Source: Vicugna vicugna
Taxonomy: Eukaryota
Direction: 5' to 3'
Assembly: GCA_013265495.1 (NCBI GenBank)
Contig: MU057651.1
Location: 1,685,674-1,749,673, forward strand
Length of the DNA: 64,000 bases
Below the pieces are notes generated by a model. It made no database searches. It was not told where the DNA came from and saw nothing but the letters and a program-made list of their open reading frames with translations. The translations under genes were made by a program, and so were the position numbers. Shown here one piece after another: positions 49,301-61,015 of this stretch. Numbering within the stretch: position 1 is the stretch's first letter; every line of letters begins with the position of its first letter.

Positions 49301-50224
49301 CACATTCCTGCTGCCTTCTTAAAAGAGTCGTCCTTGCACACAGCTTGCCTCTCTGCAAACTGCCTCCCCCGCCAGGACCTGCATCTCACGTCCTCGGTTA
49401 ATCATCCCCGAACAAGCCCGCCCGGGAGCCACAGAACCGGCAGCTCAGTGTCCTTGGTGACTTCATGCTGCTTTCCCAGTTGCCCACCATGATTTCCACC
49501 TGCCCGGTTCTGTCCTTGCTTATACGTAATAGGTGCTAAACAAATACTGATCGATCAACTCCCATCTCTCTCTCTCTTCTTCCTCACACACACACAGATG
49601 CTCAGAAAGAAGTTGTCGGCATCAAGGACAATGTGTTTCAGAGAGGAGATTTTGTAAAACAGAGCATTAGAGGCTATTTGGATTTGAGAGAAGATAAATT
49701 GGAAGAAGACTGAAGCCGCTGTAAAGCTCTTTCTTTTGTTTGGTGTCGGCTGTCAGATACCCGTCTTGACCAATTTTGTGTCTTTACCCCTGAGGAGTAT
49801 CGACTTTCTTGTGCTGTGTCTGCGATCGACAGGCGGTGCGCGTGGCGGTGCCCACGGCCCGGGAGCTGTCTCCTGCTCCGTGTGCGTCTGGCCCACGACT
49901 TTGCAGAGGGCGGGGCTGCCCCCAGCTCTCCGGAGCCTCCAGCTGGAGAGCAGATTCCGTTCTCGGCCGCAATAAATTTCCTGTAAATCATGGTCCCTAA
50001 ATAGGCCCCCCCGGCCAGTGAGACTGAGGTAGAAGATGTGGCCGTGGTGGTCCCCGAGGTTATTACAGCATTGATCCTTCTCCTCCAGCGCAGGGGACGG
50101 TGTGCGTTGCGCCCGGAACTTGGATGCAGGGAGGTGCCCCTGGGCTGTGCCGATGGAGCGCGTTTACAGCCGCCTCTGAGGCCAAGACGGCATCTTCCGA
50201 TGTCACGCAGAGTGAATTTTAGCA

Positions 50225-50350
50225 TCTTTAAAATAGACTGTTTTTTAGAACAGCCTTAGGTTCACAGCAACATTGAGACAAAGTTACTGCAATTTCCCGT
50301 ATGTCCTCCGCCCCCGCGTATGCAGTGCCCCCCCAATTATTAACACCCTA
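50225..50350 (-). mobile_element. Old L1M 3' end fragment
   Basis: TAGACTGTTTTTTAGAACAGCCTTAGGTTCACAGCAACATTGAG. Confidence 0.55.
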
Positions 50351-51574
50351 GTGCATTTTTAATCATTTTGAAGCTCCTGGTAACAGTCTAGGAAGGTCGG
50401 GCCGCCCGTGTGAGGGGCGCAGACCCCTCCCCCCGAGCCGCTGGCTTCTGGGCGTGGGTTTCCCTCGTCCCTCTGCCAGGAGGGTCCCCGATGCCAGTCC
50501 TCTGGGTGCGTGAGCTCAGGTGGTCCACCTTCCACAGCATCAAGAGGATGAAAAAAAATCAAGTCCAGAGTGGGACTCGGGGCCACTTACTTAGTTTTAC
50601 TTTTTTGAGAGCAAATTCTAAGAAGGAAGACTTCCGTTACAGTCTTTGCCCGGAAGGCTTGGGTCCCAGTCACGCCCCGAAGAGCAGAAGGACCCCACCC
50701 CCCGGGTCACGTGCTCCGCTCACGGCCTGTCCCCTTGGGAGCCATCCGTCTTCAGGGACACCTCTTTCCTGGACCCTGGTGGCCTCGATGTTTCTGCAAA
50801 CGACAGGTGACCCCTCCGTCCTTTCGCGCAGCGAGCCTCACGGGGCGTTCATCCAGTTTCCTCGCGATGGACCGGGTTCTGCATTTTGGGCTGGAAAGTT
50901 ACAGGAGGGTGCTGTGCCTGCGGCTCCCGACCGCCTGGTGCCCGAGGTCCCTCTGTCCCCATCCATCGCTGGTGGCCGGAACTTTGACCGTCCAGGCATT
51001 TGCATCGAAAGTTAATCTTCCTTTTTTCATCATCACGTGTGTTTCCAAGCACACGCTCCCGCTTCTCGTCCCACGTCTCCCGCCGGTTTCCGCCCCCTCC
51101 CGTGCGCTTCGCCAGGATTTTCACGGCCACGTCTTTCGCCAACGGGAGATTTTTCCAGTTCCATCATTTTTCCTACATTTTTTTGAGTTACCGTTCACAG
51201 TAAGGAAGCACGTTCTCTTCACCCTGTTTACTTACTTACGTCAGCAGCAACTCCCAGCTTCTTATTTTATCCCGTGAGCTGCAATTCCCCGAGATCGCTG
51301 CCTGCTTGACTGCGTGACCCTTACCTGAGGGGCCCCTTCCAGCTGGCTTTGTGCCTTCTTGCACGTCCCCGTCACCTTTGAGTGTTTCCTCGCTTTCTGA
51401 GAGCACAGAGGGTGATGGGGTCACCTTGTCCCGGCCCGGCCCTGGTTCTGGAACCCGTTCCCCCCAGGAGCCCCGGCTGCTGGGCGCACCTGCGGCTGTG
51501 AGGCGCTCAAGCCCCTGGACCCGTTGTGTGTGGAGCTGGAGTTCTGCACGTGTTGCTGTCTCTCTGCTGGAAAC

Positions 51575-51890
51575 CAGATGTCCCCCTCCATGTCACACCG
51601 GGCGCATCACATCCCTGGACCGTAGGTGTCACCTGCATGGATCCTGTGATGGGGAGATTACTGGCGATCATCCGGGGGGCCCTGGTATAATCCAAAGTGC
51701 AAGAGGCAGCTAGGAAGCTCAGACGCGGGAGAGGGTCGTGTCCTGGTGGAAGCAGAGATGGGAGGGAGGAGTTTGGAGAGGGAGGATGGGGCTCTGAGCC
51801 ACAGCTTGCAGGCGCCACTGGAAGCTGGAAAAGGCTTCCCCCTCAGAGCCTCCGGGAGGAGCACAGCCCCGCCAGCAGCTCGGCGTCAGA
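51575..51890 (+). mobile_element. MLT1-like MaLR LTR fragment
   Basis: GATGGGGAGATTACTGG...GGGCCCTGGTATAATC...GAAGCTGGAAAAGGC...CAGAGCCTCCGGGAGGAGCACAGCCC. Confidence 0.65.
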
Positions 51891-52249
51891 CCCAGGGGCC
51901 CGTTTTAGGAGCCAGACGGGAGGCGCCGGCTCCACCGTCTCCCGGGCGTAGCCCATCCACCCGGCACGTCAGGTGCAGATCGAGTCTGCGGTCTCGCAGC
52001 CCTTGGCGGTGGCGAGGCTGGGCCCTGCCGCCGGACGGACTGATGGCCCGCTCAGGACAGAGGTGACGCGGGGCCGCCGTCAGCGTCCAGACCCCGCAGC
52101 GCCTCTCAATTAAGAAAACCTAGGTCCATGTTGACTTCACGGCACCTTTAAAACGAAGAGCAGGCTTCGTACGGACGCCCCGAGTTTTGCTAATTCATGA
52201 ACGATTTCCACGCTAGTTAGCGTCCTCCAGGTTTAATTTAATGATTTCG

Positions 52250-53175
52250 TTTCTCCCCGGTTTTATCGGCACATCGTACGGTCTTAGTTTGAGGTGCAGA
52301 ACATGATGGCCTGATGTGTGTATCTACTGGGAAATGATTTAATTCATCGGGAGATTAAATCCGTTTAATTTTAGTTAACCGTTTAATTTTAATTAATCAT
52401 TTAATTTTAGGTAACACCCGTCCCCTTACAGTTTTATTTTTTTTCTTATGATGAAAACGTTAAAAAAAATCTATTCTTCTGGATTTCAAATATACAACAG
52501 CGTGTTGCTGACCGTATGTGCGTGCCCAGTGCTTGTGACTGAACTTGCGCCTTTCAGCCACTCCACCCATTTCTCCCACCCCCAACCTCACCTCTGGCAA
52601 CTACGCCTCTGTTCTCTGCATCTATCCATTAGGTTTTTTTTTAGATTCCACTGTAAGTGAGATTATACAGTATTTGTCTCTCTCTGTCTGACATTCTCAC
52701 TTAGCAAAATGCCCTCACAGTCCATCCCTGCTGCTCCAAATGACAGCATTTCCTTCTTTTTTTTTTTAAATAATTTATAAGAAGTGTTTTTGTCTTAAAC
52801 ATTCATTGAACCTACCTTTGAAGTTTCTAGCAATTCATATAAACAGATTGTAGAAAACCTAATAACCTTCATGCATACTAATGTGAATGGAGCAATAAAG
52901 CCTTTATTTATGCATTTATTTTTAAAGTTTTACTGAGTTATAGTCAGTTTACGAATGTGTCAGTTTCTGGTGCACAGCACAGTGCTTCAGTCACACACGA
53001 CTATGCATACATTCATTTTCATTTTCTTTTTCACCGTGAGCTAGTACAAAATCTTGAATATATTTCCCTGTGCCCTACAGTATAAATTTGTTTATCTATT
53101 TTATATATATCGGTCCGTGTCTGCAAAGGGTTTCCTTCTTGTTTGTGGCTGGACGATGTTCCGCTGTGTATATAT
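52250..53175 (-). mobile_element. Older L1 3' end interrupted by a younger L1 plus extra sequence (52759-53130)
   Basis: The old L1 reads ...CAAATGACAGCATTTCCTTCTT[insert]TTTCCTTCTTGTTTGTGGCTGG...; TSD TTTCCTTCTT. Confidence 0.75.
52362..52415. repeat. 18-bp AT-rich unit, 3 copies
   Basis: cgtttaattttagttaac / cgtttaattttaattaat / catttaattttaggtaac. Confidence 0.75.
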
Positions 53176-53540
53176 GCACAGAGCAGGGACCGATGACAAG
53201 AGCGTGTGAGCCGTGTTGCCGTCGGAGCAGAGTGGCGATGCCGGCGTCCCGCGTGGCGCCGGCCGGTAGGGGGCAGGGACTGAATCTCGGCCCACGGGGT
53301 GTCTGCTTCCCGAGTCTCTCTGCCCAGCACCTCGCGGCCAGCCTGCCGTATCATCGCCCCGGTCTGCAGACGAGGTGGTGAGCCCTGTGTCTGCCGGTGC
53401 AGGACTGGCCCGGGCGGTGCCCAAGAGGGGACCCTCCGCCCTCGGAGCTCAGGGCCCCAGCCCTTTCCCACAGGGCGTGCAGGGCAGGGAGGGCCTTCAT
53501 GCACCCATCGCCTCCCCTCTCTGCTCTGCCAAGTGTTTCT

Positions 53541-53781
53541 TATTTTTTTTTTAATTTATTTTATTGGAGGGACTGGGGATCGAACCCAAGACCTCGTGCA
53601 TGCTAAGCACACGCTCTACCACTGACCTGTACCCTCCCCTAAGGCCAAATTCTTTTTTCTCCCCTGCAGGGAGAGGTAATTAGATTTATTTATTATTTAT
53701 TATTTTAACGGAGGGCCGGGGGACTGAGCCAGGGCCTCGTGCATGCTAAGCACGCGCTCTCCCACTGAGCTGCACCCTCCC
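53541..53781 (-). mobile_element. Two head-to-tail Vic-1-like SINEs within one TSD
   Basis: SINE bodies at about 53541-53640 and 53654-53781; TCTGCC(A/C)AGTGTTTCT at 53525-53540 and 53783-53798. Confidence 0.85.
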
Positions 53782-54478
53782 GTCTGCCCAGTGTTTCTGC
53801 TGGGACGCCCTCTCCTCCCCTCCTCCAGCCCCGCCAGCCACCGGGAGCAGCCCACGGGCTCGCTGTCCCTGCCTCACCCCCGTCCAGGCTTACCTGCACC
53901 CCCCTCCCTCTCACAGGCTGGGGGTCCAGTCCTGGGATTTGAACAGAATGCGGCTGGACTTCTGCCTCCAGCGGTAACTCCGTGGTGGCTTCAGGGCAGG
54001 GGATTGCAGGAGCTGGTGGAGCTGGCATGGCGGGGTGCGGCCCGTGGGGAAGACGCGAGAGGCGGGGACTGTCGCACGTGGAACCCCACCCCGGCTAAGT
54101 GAGCGCCGAGCCTCACATCACTGCCCGGTTCCTCCCTGGATTTCTAAATGCCGGGACAGCACATCGCAGACTCGAGTCGAGTGGGACACACTGTGTGACC
54201 GGCCTTGTCCTTGCCCGGCCGGCTCCCCCTGTGGCTTTGGCCACAATCAGAGCGCCCTGAGGTTCACGGTCAGGTGTCACTCACCTCTGTGTCTCAGGCG
54301 CAGCCCAACAGCCCGCCCGCAGAGGACGTGGTGGCCTTGGGGTTAATCCCATGAACTGAATGACCGAGGGACGTTCGTCCGTGTTTGGTGAGCATTGTCA
54401 TAGTAATAGAGTCGGGGAATCGAGGCAAAAGGCAAAGACACCACAACTCACGTGAAGCTCTCTTCCATTTTCCAAAAG

Positions 54479-54578
54479 GTGTTTCTGAATCTTCTGCGAG
54501 ACTCCCAGGAGCCGTCCGCCGATGCCCCGGCGCCGGAGCCGCTGTCCTCCCGGCCCCCAGAGCGCGATCCCGGTCACT
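54479..54578 (+). CDS. ABCA13: ABCA13 exon (19); VFLNLLRDSQEPSADAPAPEPLSSRPPERDPGH
   Basis: ttttccaaaag|GTG ... CACT|gtaagt; 100 nt, phase 0/1; completes the TLEE|VFL motif. Confidence 0.9.
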
Positions 54579-54877
54579 GTAAGTCAGAGCATGGCTTTGC
54601 GTTTCGCTGCAGGGGTGGTGCCTCCCTCCTCATCGAAACCCCCCGAGTTAAACGTTGAGGAGGGAGATTAAAGACAGGGAGGGGGTGGACCTGGAGGGAA
54701 AGGGCACAGGGTGGAGGCGGAGGCGGAGCGCTTAGCATTTCGTCGGACGTGCCTGGAACAGCTGCGCGTGTGAGGGACAGCCTCACCTGTCCCTAGGAAC
54801 TTAATTCACCATACAAGCGATGCCCAGTCTGTGTCCATCTCGGTCTGCCCGCGCCGCGGACAAGCCCGTCCAGCCTC

Positions 54878-55270
54878 CGTTCACGACGTGCCTCTGGTGC
54901 GCAGCGTCGTGTTTCAGTCATACGCACACAGGCATGTATTCCTTTGCAGATTTTTTTCATTATAGGTGACTGCAAGGTATTGAATAGAGGTCCCTGTGCT
55001 GCACAGTATAAACTTGTGGTTTATCTATTTTATATACAGTCGTATCTGCCAATCTCGAGCTCCCGTTTTACCCCTTCCCACCCCTCCCCACCCCTTCCCC
55101 TCCTGGTAACCACAAGCTTGTTCTATGTCTGTGAGTCTCTTTCTGTTTCATAAATAAGTTCACTTGTGTCTTTTTTTTTTTTACATTCCACATATGAGCG
55201 ATCTCATATGGCATTTTTCTTTCTCTTTCTGGCTGACTTCCCTTAGAATGACGGTCTCCAGGTCCATGCC
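54878..55270 (-). mobile_element. LINE-1 3'UTR, GC-enriched copy
   Basis: GGTATTGAATAGAGGTCCCTGTGCTGCACAG...TTCCACATATGAGCGATCTCATATGG. Confidence 0.85.
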
Positions 55271-56139
55271 TCAGGCAGCCCCCCCACCGGGCTGGAATTC
55301 TGCAAGGAAAATTCCATTCTGCGTCCCCCTCCCCCCCGCCGCCCCGGGCCATTCCTTCAGGGCTGCCCTGCCATGGGGAACAGGTGGGGCAGAGGTGACC
55401 AAAAGTGATGCGGGATTTCCCGTCTCAAATGTAGGTCTTTTTTAAAAGTGAGGGTTTGCTTGGATACTGTGGATCTCTCTGGCCGCCAGAGCGCCTGTGC
55501 TCCTTGTCAACTCACTTCGCTTCGTCTGTAGCCGTTCACCTGGTGTCTCGGTCGCGGACCGGGGGCCTGGATCTCCCTGTTCTGCCATTTTGCTGATGTC
55601 ATCCTAACACCTTAACTTTTTTTTAAAGGGCTCTTCTGGGGACTGAAGACGCTGACCTTTTGTTTTGTAAACACTGCAGCTTTTTCTCCGTGCCCCGTCA
55701 CCAACGGCTTTTTCTGGCTTTTAGCACCTTTAAAAGCAATCTCGAAACAGGATTTTCAAAGTCATCCATTCGCGCTGTCCCCTCTCACCGTGCCGGGAGC
55801 GTCAAGGGGGAACAGGGCAGTGCCCTCAGTTCTCTGTCTGGAAGCCTCCTGAGCTGAATACCCAGGTGTATTCCTTGCAGATTCTGCCTTCCACGTCACT
55901 GCAGGAGACAGCTGTGCTGGGTCTCCCAGCGTCCAGGGCAAGGACACCCTCCCTCCAGTTTCCTCGGAGGCTCCCCACTTCCCTCTGAGCACGCAGGGGC
56001 AGCAGCCTCAAAATTCTGGTTTCTAACAGTCTGTCTGAGGAAATTTAAGTCTTCCCTTCCATGCTTCTGAGAATTCTCCCATCTTTCATCCACTCACTGA
56101 CCTCAGACCATTCCTACGTTAAACATTTGTTACAGCCAC

Positions 56140-57470
56140 GCTCTCCATTTCCAGTTACCAAAACTTGTTAGAAGATTGCCACCAATTTAGCAGATGAAGA
56201 CACACCTCCTTATCTCGCAGTTCCTGCAGGTCTGAAGTCTGGTTGCAGCATAACTGGGTTTCCTGCCTGGGGCCCCACACGCCTGCCGTGTGCTCTGCGC
56301 CCTCACCCAGCGTCCTCACCAGGGCTCCCTTCCTCACGCACTCCGCGTGTCGGCAGAATGCAGGTCCTTGTGGTCACAGGACCGAGGTCCACGTTTGCTG
56401 GCTGGCTGGCTGTCTGCTGGGTTTGCTCACAGTTCCTTGAAAACTGCCCTCAGGTCTTAGCCACATGGTCCTCCCACAACACGGCATGTTTCTTCTTCAA
56501 AGTGAGCAGGGAATTCTCTGCTTTGATTAAATTCAAAGCTGTAATTCCATCTGTAAAATCTCCTCACTTTTGCTGTGATGTAGGAGTGAAATACACCAAT
56601 TGTAGTAGGGATGGTCATCTCATTCAAGGTCTCAACCGTAGTCCAAGGGAGGGGATTGTGACCCTCAAGGAAGTGTAAGTCACTGGGGGGTCATTTTATT
56701 TATTTTTTATTTTTTTCTTATTTGAGTATTTTTTTTAAACATTTTTATTGATTTATAATCATTTTACAATGTTGTGTCTAATTCCAATGTAGAACACAAT
56801 TTCTCAGTTATACATGAACATATATATGTTCATTGTCACATTTTTTTTCTCTGTGAGCTACCACCAGATCTTGTGTATATTTCCCTGTGCTCTACAGTAT
56901 AATGTTGTTTATCTGTTCTACAATTTTGAAATCCCAGTCTGTCCCTTCCCACCCCCCACCCCCTTGGCAACCACAAGTTTGTATTCTATGTCTATGAGTC
57001 TATTTCTGTTTTGTATTTATGCTTTGTTTGTTTATTTGTTTAGTTTTTTTAGATTCCACATCTGAGCGATCTCATATGGTATTTTTCCTTCTCTTTCTGG
57101 CTGACTTCACTCAGAATGACATTCTCCAGGGACACCCATGTTGCTGCAAATGGCGTTATGTTGTCAGTTTTTATGGCTGAGTAATATTCTGCTGTATAAA
57201 TAGACCACATCTTCTTTATCCAGTCATCTGTTGATGGACATTTAGGCTGTTTCCATGTCTTGGCTGTTGTAAATAGTGCTGCTATGAACATTGGGGTGCA
57301 GGGTTTTGAAGTAGGGTTCCTTCTGGATACAAGCCCAGGAGCAGGATTCCTGGGTCATATGGTAAGTCTATTCCTCGTCTTTTGAGGAATCTCCATACTG
57401 TTTTCCACAGTGGCTGCACCAAACTGCATTCACTGGAGGGGTCATTTTAGATGTTACCAGTGTTACAACA
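56140..57470. mobile_element. MLT1-like LTR split by an L1 insertion
   Basis: TTATCTCGCAGTTCCTGCAGGTCTGAAGTCTGG...GGGGTCATTTTAG end motif, duplicated around the L1. Confidence 0.5.
56699..57430 (-). mobile_element. Relatively young LINE-1 3' end with TSD
   Basis: Minus-strand MFIAALFTTAKTWKQPKCPSTDDWIKKMW...; TSD CACTGGGGGGTCATTTTA at 56681-56698 and CACTGGAGGGGTCATTTTA at 57431-57449. Confidence 0.92.
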
Positions 57471-60400
57471 CGCTGGATTGAATTTCTGTCTTCCTGTTGA
57501 GTTTGATCCCCTTTTCCTATTGACCAGCCATTTGAATTTCTTGTTTGTTAACACTCTCATTGCTCCCTTTTGCCCGTGAATCTTACATTTTAGAGACCAG
57601 TGCTTTAGGTTTATTTTTTCACTAACATCAGCTGCATCCATCATATCATAAACGCCAGAGACCTCAGTGGTGCGACCAGATGAGTTTTGCGTGGGGCTCA
57701 CCTGTGTGACCATCCCTCACGGGGCCTCCCCAGGCCCCCTCCTCTGAAGGCAACTCTGTCCCTTCAGAATAATCTTGCCTTTTTGTTGAACTTCATGTAA
57801 ATGGAATCATATAATATGTACAAAATGGTGTGTTTTTTCTTTCTGTATTTTGTCTGAGATTCACCGGTGTCACTTGTGTCAATTCTAGGTAGTGACCGTC
57901 CACTGTATGTATCATAATTTGCCTCTGTTCTCTGTAAAATTTTTCTTGTAACTGGACAGAGGCCTTCTTTCCTCATTTCATTATCAGAATTTTGCCTCAG
58001 GGTTTAGTTTCTGAGCATTCTTTTTTTTTTTACATTACCTTAGTTAACGACTTTTTAACATAAGAACAAGTTTAAAGAAAATACGATTATGTTCTTGTAA
58101 ACATTTGTCATCACTGAGAATTTAGGACAATTTCCATGGAAATTGTATTGCCTACATATATCTTCCTCATTATGGTTAATGCATCTGCTCTGAGAAATGA
58201 TAATTTCATGTTCTGAATTTGAGGAACATTATGAAAATCCACATGCATATGTTGGAAAGAAACCATATGCAAAAAAAAAGGCTAATGTGATGTGAAAAAG
58301 AGTCGTATTTTAAATTTAAAAAAGAACCCCGAGGACAGGAAACTTACAGTGCTTTCCATTAGCATTGTAAAGTATGATATAAACATGTAATTTTATTTAT
58401 CATTCCAATTACAAATCATGGAAGTGGAAAATGCATCATTTAAAAATCTATCTAAGTATTTCATTACGAAGAAAGAAACGAGGATACACTAAAACACATT
58501 TGGTAGGTGATTGCCCACATTTACCAGTTTTATTAGATCCTGGAAAACCCGTGCACACATCTCAGCAGGAGGCCCGCAGGGAGGTAGAATTTCTGTTACT
58601 TGGTGGAAGCAGGTGCACTGTAATGCCAGCTGGGGATGTTAGGGAGAGCGTATTTCGGTGTCTTCCGGGTAAAATGCCTTATTGAGTCCCTTTGTTGGCG
58701 AGGTCCACACCCGGGAAAGGCCGCTTTAGAAGAACTGTGTGCAGAGCGCCTCCTCCTCTGCGGAGGCTCTCAGACTCACCGTCTTGCCACTGACCCCACT
58801 CCCCGCTGCCCCCGCCTGTGGCCGTTGCTTCTCCCTCGCACCAGCCGCGTGTCCTCAGAAACAGGCTTCCGGGGGCCAGCTCACCGTTTTCTCACGGCCC
58901 ACTTCTCCCAGTGACGGATGGAGGCAAAACAACATATAAAATAGGTACCTTTTAGTCCGAGGGGCCCCGCAGCTGCACAGGAGTGAGTGATAATGGATGG
59001 CTTGGTGCTTATCTAAGTGGCAGATTCTTTACGCCCAAGTTCCACACATGCTGATTCCAAAGATGCATACGTTTACACTTTTATTGTATTTTAAAAATTG
59101 TTTATTTATTTTTTTAATTTTTATGTCCTTACACAGGCACCCCGATTTCCTTTGATTTAGGGGAGCTGTGGCCACTGCTGTGGAAAACGCCCTGTTAGAA
59201 TCTCTGAGCTGTTGCAGGTTCCCTGTGCGTCTTCTGGGCTTAACCCTGGTGCTGGACGCAGGCGGCTTTCTTTTCTTCTTTGTCTGCATCTCCCTGGACT
59301 TCAAATGCTGCCTTCCCTGCCAACAAGGTGGGGAGGACACGCGGCACCTGCGCATTATTCGTGCCAAAGGAGTTTGCTTTGTCACGGAGGCTGAAATCAG
59401 CAGAGAGCCCTGGTGGCGCGATCTGCAGAAGACAGGCTGCCAGCATCATGAGAATGGAATTGCAATGGGCCTGGGCGGGCGCCTGAGAGCGGCGTCTCCT
59501 GCTGGGGGCCTTGGGGTGCATGGCGAGTGTGGGAAGCCTTGATGCTTGTCCCCGGGCACCGATGGTGGGTGATGAATGGGTCACAGTCTGCCTTTCCTGA
59601 GCTGGGATCTCGTCTTCCTGTGAAACATTTGATGAAGAATGTGTTTCACACATTGTTGTCGCTGCCTCGGAGGTGATCACGGGCCATCTTGGCTGATTCA
59701 GGCAGGAGCAGCTCTGGGCAGCCTTTGTGGCAGGTCGGCCCTCAGGGAGCTGGAGGTCTGCTCCCTCCTCCTCACTCAGCGTCTTGCTGGAGGTCAGGAG
59801 GGTGGAACCGGGCATCCTGAGCTGGGACCTCAGTTTCCTCCTCCGCTCCTACCCCCGAATCTCACGCCCTTCTTCCCGGTGGGTGGGTGGAGATGCCTCG
59901 GGTACCTGAGTGGCTGCATTCACCTCTCTTTAGGCCATAGCCACCTCTCTGCTTTACCACCTGCATTCACGTTCTTGTTTAATTGAAACCGGATTGAAAC
60001 ACAGCCACTGTGGGTGGCTGGAAGCTGGCTTTGCCTGGCCCATGAGGCGTGACCGTTGCAGCGGGCGTGGGGAGGACCTGGGAGAAATGCAGGGTGGGTT
60101 TCCCAGGTGGGAAGGGTGGCCTAGGGGGCGGGGAGCTGCATCTCAGTGAGGGATGCTGACGGCAGCGTCTGGTCAGCCTCTGGCCGCTCCCTCGGCCTTC
60201 AGCCCCTCTGTCCGAGCTGGAGCCAGTGCTCAGATCTCAGGATGGCAAGGTGGACGGGGCTCACCGCCTCGTGACCGCAGGGGGCTCACCGCGTGGGAAG
60301 ACGGGTGCGGAGCTGACGGAGCAGGCGGGGAGGTGGACGGAGGGAGGGCAGGCTTTGTGTCTGCTTAGCTGTGTTTGTAGACCTTCACTCTGTGCCGGAC

Positions 60401-60811
60401 GCCACCTGGTGAGCCCCTGCTTGGCTTCTGTCACTAGCTCTTCCTAAAGGAACTGCTTGAAAGTAGCCTTCACAAACACTGGCCTGCCCTCTGGACACCT
60501 GCCGCCAGCTATGAGCAGAACAGAGCCAGAGAGCAGGGGACGCGGGGGAAGCTGTCCCTTGTTCCTCTTCCCCGAGTATCCCTTTGGGCTCCAGAGGGAG
60601 CTCAGGTTTTGCAAACCCAGGTGTGCAGCCCCCGAGGGTCCTCAGGGGACCTGACTGTGGTGCACTGAAGACAAAACCCAGATTCCAAGTTGGCGACCGG
60701 CCCGCGTGACATTTGTCGCTAGCGGCAAAGCTGGGCTGCAGCCTCCCTGAGCAGCACTGTGCTTTCAAGGCAGGTTAATTTTTAATTTATTTTTCTTGCA
60801 TCGTATTTATT

Positions 60812-61015
60812 GATTTTTTTTAAATTGAAGTCTGGTCAACTTACAACGTTGTGTTAGTTTCAGGTGTACAGCGAAGTGATTCAGTTATGCACATATGCAT
60901 CTATTATTTTTCAGATTCTTTTCCATTATTGGTTATTGCAAGGTGTCTGATGTCGTTCCCTGTGCTGCACAGTAGGACCTCGTCGTGTATCTATTTTGTA
61001 TATAGTAGTGTGTGT
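60812..61015 (-). mobile_element. LINE-1 3'UTR fragment
   Basis: TTACAACGTTGTGTTAGTTTCAGGTGTACAGC...TTCCCTGTGCTGCACAGTAGGACC. Confidence 0.82.

Larger units (their letters stand above)
2125..54578 (+). other. ABCA13: ABCA13 gene, internal segment of 19 coding exons (gene extends beyond both window ends)
   Basis: 19 GT-AG exons join in compatible phases into 1068 open codons with ABCA TMD1/NBD1/R1 architecture. ABCA13-type peptides include [29 protein letters not shown] and [23 protein letters not shown]. Confidence 0.95.

Noticed and set aside
2125..54578. ABCA13 as a pseudogene
   Set aside because: All 19 exons have GT-AG ends, compatible phases, no stops and intact catalytic motifs within this window
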